DNA of 59,425 nt, taken from a virus. Lineage: Duplodnaviria; Caudoviricetes. Below are positions 55,988 to 59,425 of this stretch, piece after piece (within the stretch, counting starts at the first letter, position 1; every line of letters begins with the position of its first letter). The notes beneath the pieces were generated by a model. That model was not told where the DNA came from, ran no database searches, and worked only from the letters and a program-made list of their open reading frames with translations. A program made the position numbers and the translations under genes. The stretch covers positions 1 through 59,425 of the IMG/VR virus record IMGVR_UViG_3300049144_000150, one strand, 5' to 3'.

Positions 55988-56623
55988 ATGCGCCGGTCCG
56001 GAGGAGTCTTCGTCGGAGTCTTTTTGATCACCGGAGCAGTGCAGGCGGTCACCGGTTTCATCCCGGCCGTTCCGTCCGCCACCGACACGGTTCCTGCTGC
56101 GAAGGCGGAGTCGAACGAAGGGTACAAGTTCACTGGCACCAGCGCCCCGATCCGCGAGGGGTCCCTGCCGAAGAAGCGCTGGGAAGAGCTGGTGAACAAG
56201 TGGGGCAACAAGTGCAAGACGCTGACCCCCGCACTGCTCGCAGCCCAGCTTGAGCAGGAAAGCATGAACTTCAAGCCGGAGGTCATCGACGGCCGCCTGG
56301 ACTCCCCGGCCTCTGCCAAGGGCATGGCGCAGTTCATTGACGCGACCTGGGCAACGGAGGGAATCGACGCCAACGGGGACGGCGAGCGCAACAAGTACGA
56401 CCCCGAAGACGCCATCCCGTCTGCTGCCACGTTCGACTGCAAGCTGGCCAAGGGCCTGAAGGATGTGCCCGGTCCGACCTGGAAGAACATGCTCGCCGGA
56501 TACAACGCGGGCGGCTTCCGGGTGAAGCAGTACAACGGCGTCCCGCCCTGCTCCTTCGCCAAGTGCGAGACCTACAACTACGTGAAAATGATCGAGCAGA
56601 AGACGAGGAAGTACGAGCAGTGA
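55988..56623 (+). CDS. Secreted lytic transglycosylase (SLT/lysozyme-like)
   Basis: LLAAQLEQES, SPASAKGMAQF, YDPEDAI, AGYNAG, ETYNYV; GGCCTAGGCC at 55938-55947 in the promoter. Confidence 0.9.
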   Translation: MRRSGGVFVGVFLITGAVQAVTGFIPAVPSATDTVPAAKAESNEGYKFTGTSAPIREGSLPKKRWEELVNKWGNKCKTLTPALLAAQLEQESMNFKPEVIDGRLDSPASAKGMAQFIDATWATEGIDANGDGERNKYDPEDAIPSAATFDCKLAKGLKDVPGPTWKNMLAGYNAGGFRVKQYNGVPPCSFAKCETYNYVKMIEQKTRKYEQ

Positions 56624-57225
56624 ACCGACTCCACCGAGCCGCACTGACCGTTGCCTCGACCGCGATGTGCGCCGCGATGGCCACCGGATGTGGTGCGTTG
56701 CATGCGGCGCCCATCTCGAACGCCAAGGCCAACAAGAACCCGGCGATCGAGAAGGTCAACTGGTACTCCCCGGAGCGACGCCGCGAAGAGGCCCGGCAGC
56801 AGGAGAGGGACGCTTCGAACGTCTCCGAGATCCGCTCGGCGAACGCCGCAGCCGAGGCCATCGCCTACGCCAAGACGAAGATCGGCGTCCCCTACCTGTG
56901 GGGCGGCACCGGAACGGCAGCCCAGGGCGGCCGGTTCGACTGCTCGGGCCTGACGCAGGCGGCGTACGCCAAGGCGGGCATCAAGCTGCCTCGCGTCGCC
57001 AACGACCAGTACCGGACGACTGACGTTCACCCCTCCTGGGATGAACTGAAGCCCGGTGACCTCGTGTTCTTCGGAAACAAGGGCGACTGGCGGTCCATCC
57101 ATCACGTGGGCATCTATGTCGGCAACGGTCGGATGCTGCATGCCCCTCGCACCGGAACGTTCATCCGGATCGACGACGTCCACTACATGTCGGACTACTT
57201 CGGAGCCACGCGCGTCAGCCCGTAA
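56620..57225 (+). CDS. NlpC/P60 lipoprotein peptidase
   Basis: Lipobox ATGC; GVPYLWGG, FDCSGL, PGDLVFF, HHVGIY, MLHAP. Confidence 0.93.
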   Translation: MNRLHRAALTVASTAMCAAMATGCGALHAAPISNAKANKNPAIEKVNWYSPERRREEARQQERDASNVSEIRSANAAAEAIAYAKTKIGVPYLWGGTGTAAQGGRFDCSGLTQAAYAKAGIKLPRVANDQYRTTDVHPSWDELKPGDLVFFGNKGDWRSIHHVGIYVGNGRMLHAPRTGTFIRIDDVHYMSDYFGATRVSP

Positions 57226-57277
57226 GAACACCCCCCGACCAACCAGTTCCGCCACAACGAATCCCATGGAGAGCGGC

Positions 57278-57757
57278 ATGAAGATGCCCGAGAGCATGCC
57301 CAACAACCCGAAGGCCCTCATCGAAGAGGAGATGAAGAAGCTCGGCGTCTCCCGAGAAGGGGCCCTCTACCTGGTCCTGCGCAGCTTCGAGGGAGTGCTG
57401 CGCGCCGAGGACGACAGCAACGAGGCCATCGAGCGCGAGATCTTCAAGCTCCTCGTCCGGGACACCAAGGACCGACACCCGCAGGCCGTCGAGCTGGCGG
57501 AGGCGAGCCTTCGCAAGGATCTACCCGAGTGGATCCGGGTCAACGACGAGGCCGTGGCGCGCGACCAGGACCCCGTCACCTCTCTGGCCATCAAGACCAA
57601 CTGCTCGACCGAGCGGGCCAAGCGTCGCCTGCGCCGGGTCCAGGAGGCCAAGGCGGGCAAGTCCATCGCCGAGAGCACGGAGATCTCGCTCACCGAGGAC
57701 GACGGCAAGACCCTCGGCGAGCTGTGGGCCGAGCACGAGGAGAACCAGAAGGTCTGA
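57278..57757 (+). CDS. Hypothetical protein, possible antitoxin
   Basis: High GC3; acidic C-terminus; upstream of the RelE-like gene. Confidence 0.6.
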   Translation: MKMPESMPNNPKALIEEEMKKLGVSREGALYLVLRSFEGVLRAEDDSNEAIEREIFKLLVRDTKDRHPQAVELAEASLRKDLPEWIRVNDEAVARDQDPVTSLAIKTNCSTERAKRRLRRVQEAKAGKSIAESTEISLTEDDGKTLGELWAEHEENQKV

Positions 57758-57824
57758 CGCAGCACCGTGGGCGGCCGGAGCGCTCGCTCCGGCCGCCCTT
57801 CGTGTATCGGAAAGGGGAAAGAAC

Positions 57825-58157
57825 GTGACAAAGGTTGAGACGCAGTCCACCGGGACCGAGCCACAGGTGGAGATGGAACCCGCAGCTCGCAGGGAGCTGA
57901 AACGCCTGCACAAGTCCGACTTCAAGGCAGCCGAGCGCATCCAGAAGCTGGTCGACGAGGTTCTGGCAGGACGAACGCCACACGGCAGTGTCTGCATGAC
58001 CAACGGGCAGGCGACCAGGAAGCAGTTCGGAGCCCTTCCGTGGAAGGTCGCCGAGGGCAAGCTACGCCTGATCTTCATCCCGGGTCGGTCCATCATCGCC
58101 TTGGGATACCGGCGCGAGGTCTACTCGGTGCTGGGCGGGAACGGCTGGGGGAACTGA
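57825..58157 (+). CDS. RelE/ParE-family toxin-like protein
   Basis: EMEPAARRELKRL...ERIQKLV...KLRLIF...IIALGYRREVY. Confidence 0.7.
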   Translation: MTKVETQSTGTEPQVEMEPAARRELKRLHKSDFKAAERIQKLVDEVLAGRTPHGSVCMTNGQATRKQFGALPWKVAEGKLRLIFIPGRSIIALGYRREVYSVLGGNGWGN

Positions 58158-58158
58158 C

Positions 58159-58374
58159 GTGAGCGCAGAGGGAGTTCGTTACACCAGCATCGCCCCACCC
58201 GAGGGAGATTGTGACGGCTGCCTGGCCATCAAGAGCGCCCGCGCCTTCTGCGAGAAGTGCCGGAACGGCCGACCGTGTACCTGGTGTCTCGGTCGCGGAT
58301 GGCGCACCAAGGAGGGCCGCTGGGTCCGCTGCTGCAATCAGCCGACGTCGTCGGCGAAAGGAGAAGGAACGTGA
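58159..58374 (+). CDS. Small Cys-rich zinc-finger protein
   Basis: CDGC, CEKC, CTWCLGRG, CC. Confidence 0.5.
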   Translation: MSAEGVRYTSIAPPEGDCDGCLAIKSARAFCEKCRNGRPCTWCLGRGWRTKEGRWVRCCNQPTSSAKGEGT

Positions 58375-58712
58375 CGGAAGAGCGGTCCGGGGTTGTCGCC
58401 CTGGAGGTCGAGCTGAAGAAGCCGCTCGGAAGAAGCAAGCTCATCCTGGTCGATCTATTCTGGGACGACATGCTGAGCCTGCCGGTGTCCGGCGACAGCC
58501 TCACCATAGGTGTCTTCACCGTGAAGGTGATCCGAGGTCCGGCGTCCGACGAGATGCTGCTGGACCAGCCCTCGACAGCCTTGCTGTCGGCCGCGCACCG
58601 GGGCCCGGTGCGCTGGTACTGCCGTCACGAGGGCCCGTGGCTGCGTGCCGAGACGCTGATGAACGGCTTCTGCGAAGACCGGCGCTACCTGAGCGCGAGG
58701 ATCCTGCCGTGA
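58371..58712 (+). CDS. Hypothetical protein
   Basis: GAAAGGAG RBS; GTGA overlaps. Confidence 0.55.
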   Translation: MTEERSGVVALEVELKKPLGRSKLILVDLFWDDMLSLPVSGDSLTIGVFTVKVIRGPASDEMLLDQPSTALLSAAHRGPVRWYCRHEGPWLRAETLMNGFCEDRRYLSARILP

Positions 58713-59425
58713 GGGGGTCGGTACACGCAGCCATCGGCGCGTCGGCCCCGATCGGACTGGTCATCACCCAGCATGCGACCCTCCTTCAGGGGGCGGTAAT
58801 GGCGGCCGTCTCCGCCGGATACTCCCTCCTGCCTGACATCGAGTGCGAAAACTCGACGGCGGACCGGGCCCTTGGAGGGCATCTCCACAAGCTCGTCCAC
58901 AAGATGTGCGCCTGGGTGTACAACGCAACTGGGACGAGCAGGGACGCCCGGAGTGTCCGGTGGATGCTGATCCGGAAATGGGAGAACCCCTACCACCGGA
59001 CTTTCACTCACACGCTGCTCGCGACGCTGGCCTTGGGTGTACTCGCCTACGGGCTCGCCCTTACAGGTCCGGTGCTCTCCGCATCCGTCGCGGCCTTCGG
59101 TGTCTTCCTGCTGTGGCCGTTGCGCCGAGGGGCCGTCGGTCCGGTCGTCTGTGGTGCCGCTGCTGCCGCTGTAGGAGCGGCCGTCCTGCTGAACCCGTGG
59201 CTTCTTTCGCTCGCGGTCGCGGGCGGGTATCTCACTCACATCGTGGGCGACGCCTGCACGAAGGGTGGGGTCCCGGCTCTGTGGCCGCTTCCGATTCAGG
59301 GGAAGCGCTGGTGGAACATCCGGCTCCTGGGCAGCTTGGTGGCCTCGGGGTCCGCGCAGGAGAAGGGCCCGGCCGTCGGGGTCTCCCTGACGGCGAACGC
59401 CTTCCTGGTGTTCTTGCAGTTCTGA
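58709..59425 (+). CDS. YdjM-like membrane-bound metal-dependent hydrolase
   Basis: G.VH, LLPDIE, HRTFTHT, THIVGDACT..GVP.LWP. Confidence 0.85.
   Translation: MRGSVHAAIGASAPIGLVITQHATLLQGAVMAAVSAGYSLLPDIECENSTADRALGGHLHKLVHKMCAWVYNATGTSRDARSVRWMLIRKWENPYHRTFTHTLLATLALGVLAYGLALTGPVLSASVAAFGVFLLWPLRRGAVGPVVCGAAAAAVGAAVLLNPWLLSLAVAGGYLTHIVGDACTKGGVPALWPLPIQGKRWWNIRLLGSLVASGSAQEKGPAVGVSLTANAFLVFLQF

Overview
High-GC (Streptomyces-like) window that reads as part of a large extrachromosomal element, either a giant conjugative plasmid or a phage-plasmid. No integrase, capsid, terminase, rRNA or CRISPR array is visible. Modules from left to right: (i) a phage-like replication unit (HTH initiator plus DnaB); (ii) small accessory genes (HIT, AbrB, DUF3307, VWA); (iii) a lone 2,143-aa tail-spike-like beta-helix protein; (iv) HU and a TM-less FtsK/TraB-like ATPase; (v) an RNA island with a tRNA-Ile, two remodelled tRNA-like RNAs, a hairpin array, three tandem Y RNAs (two with circularly permuted tRNA mimics), an ATP-dependent Rnl2-type RNA ligase and Ro60/Rsr, with Thg1-like and Mesh1-like HD genes nearby; (vi) a SNF2 helicase; (vii) ParA plus an atypical ParB with three copies of a parS-like 16-bp palindrome; (viii) a phage-type lysis cassette; (ix) spread/transfer genes (SpdA-like, SpdB2-like, two convergent KorSA-like GntRs, lytic transglycosylase, NlpC/P60) and a RelE-like toxin. 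Two dispersed motifs organise the element: a GGCCTAGGCC operator-like palindrome at about nine promoter regions, including the RNA island, and a CGGAAAGG start-associated motif. The best candidate for an undescribed system is the Ro60 / Y RNA / Rnl2-ligase / tRNA-like island, possibly derepressed on transfer. All protein calls are by-eye motif recognition, not database searches.
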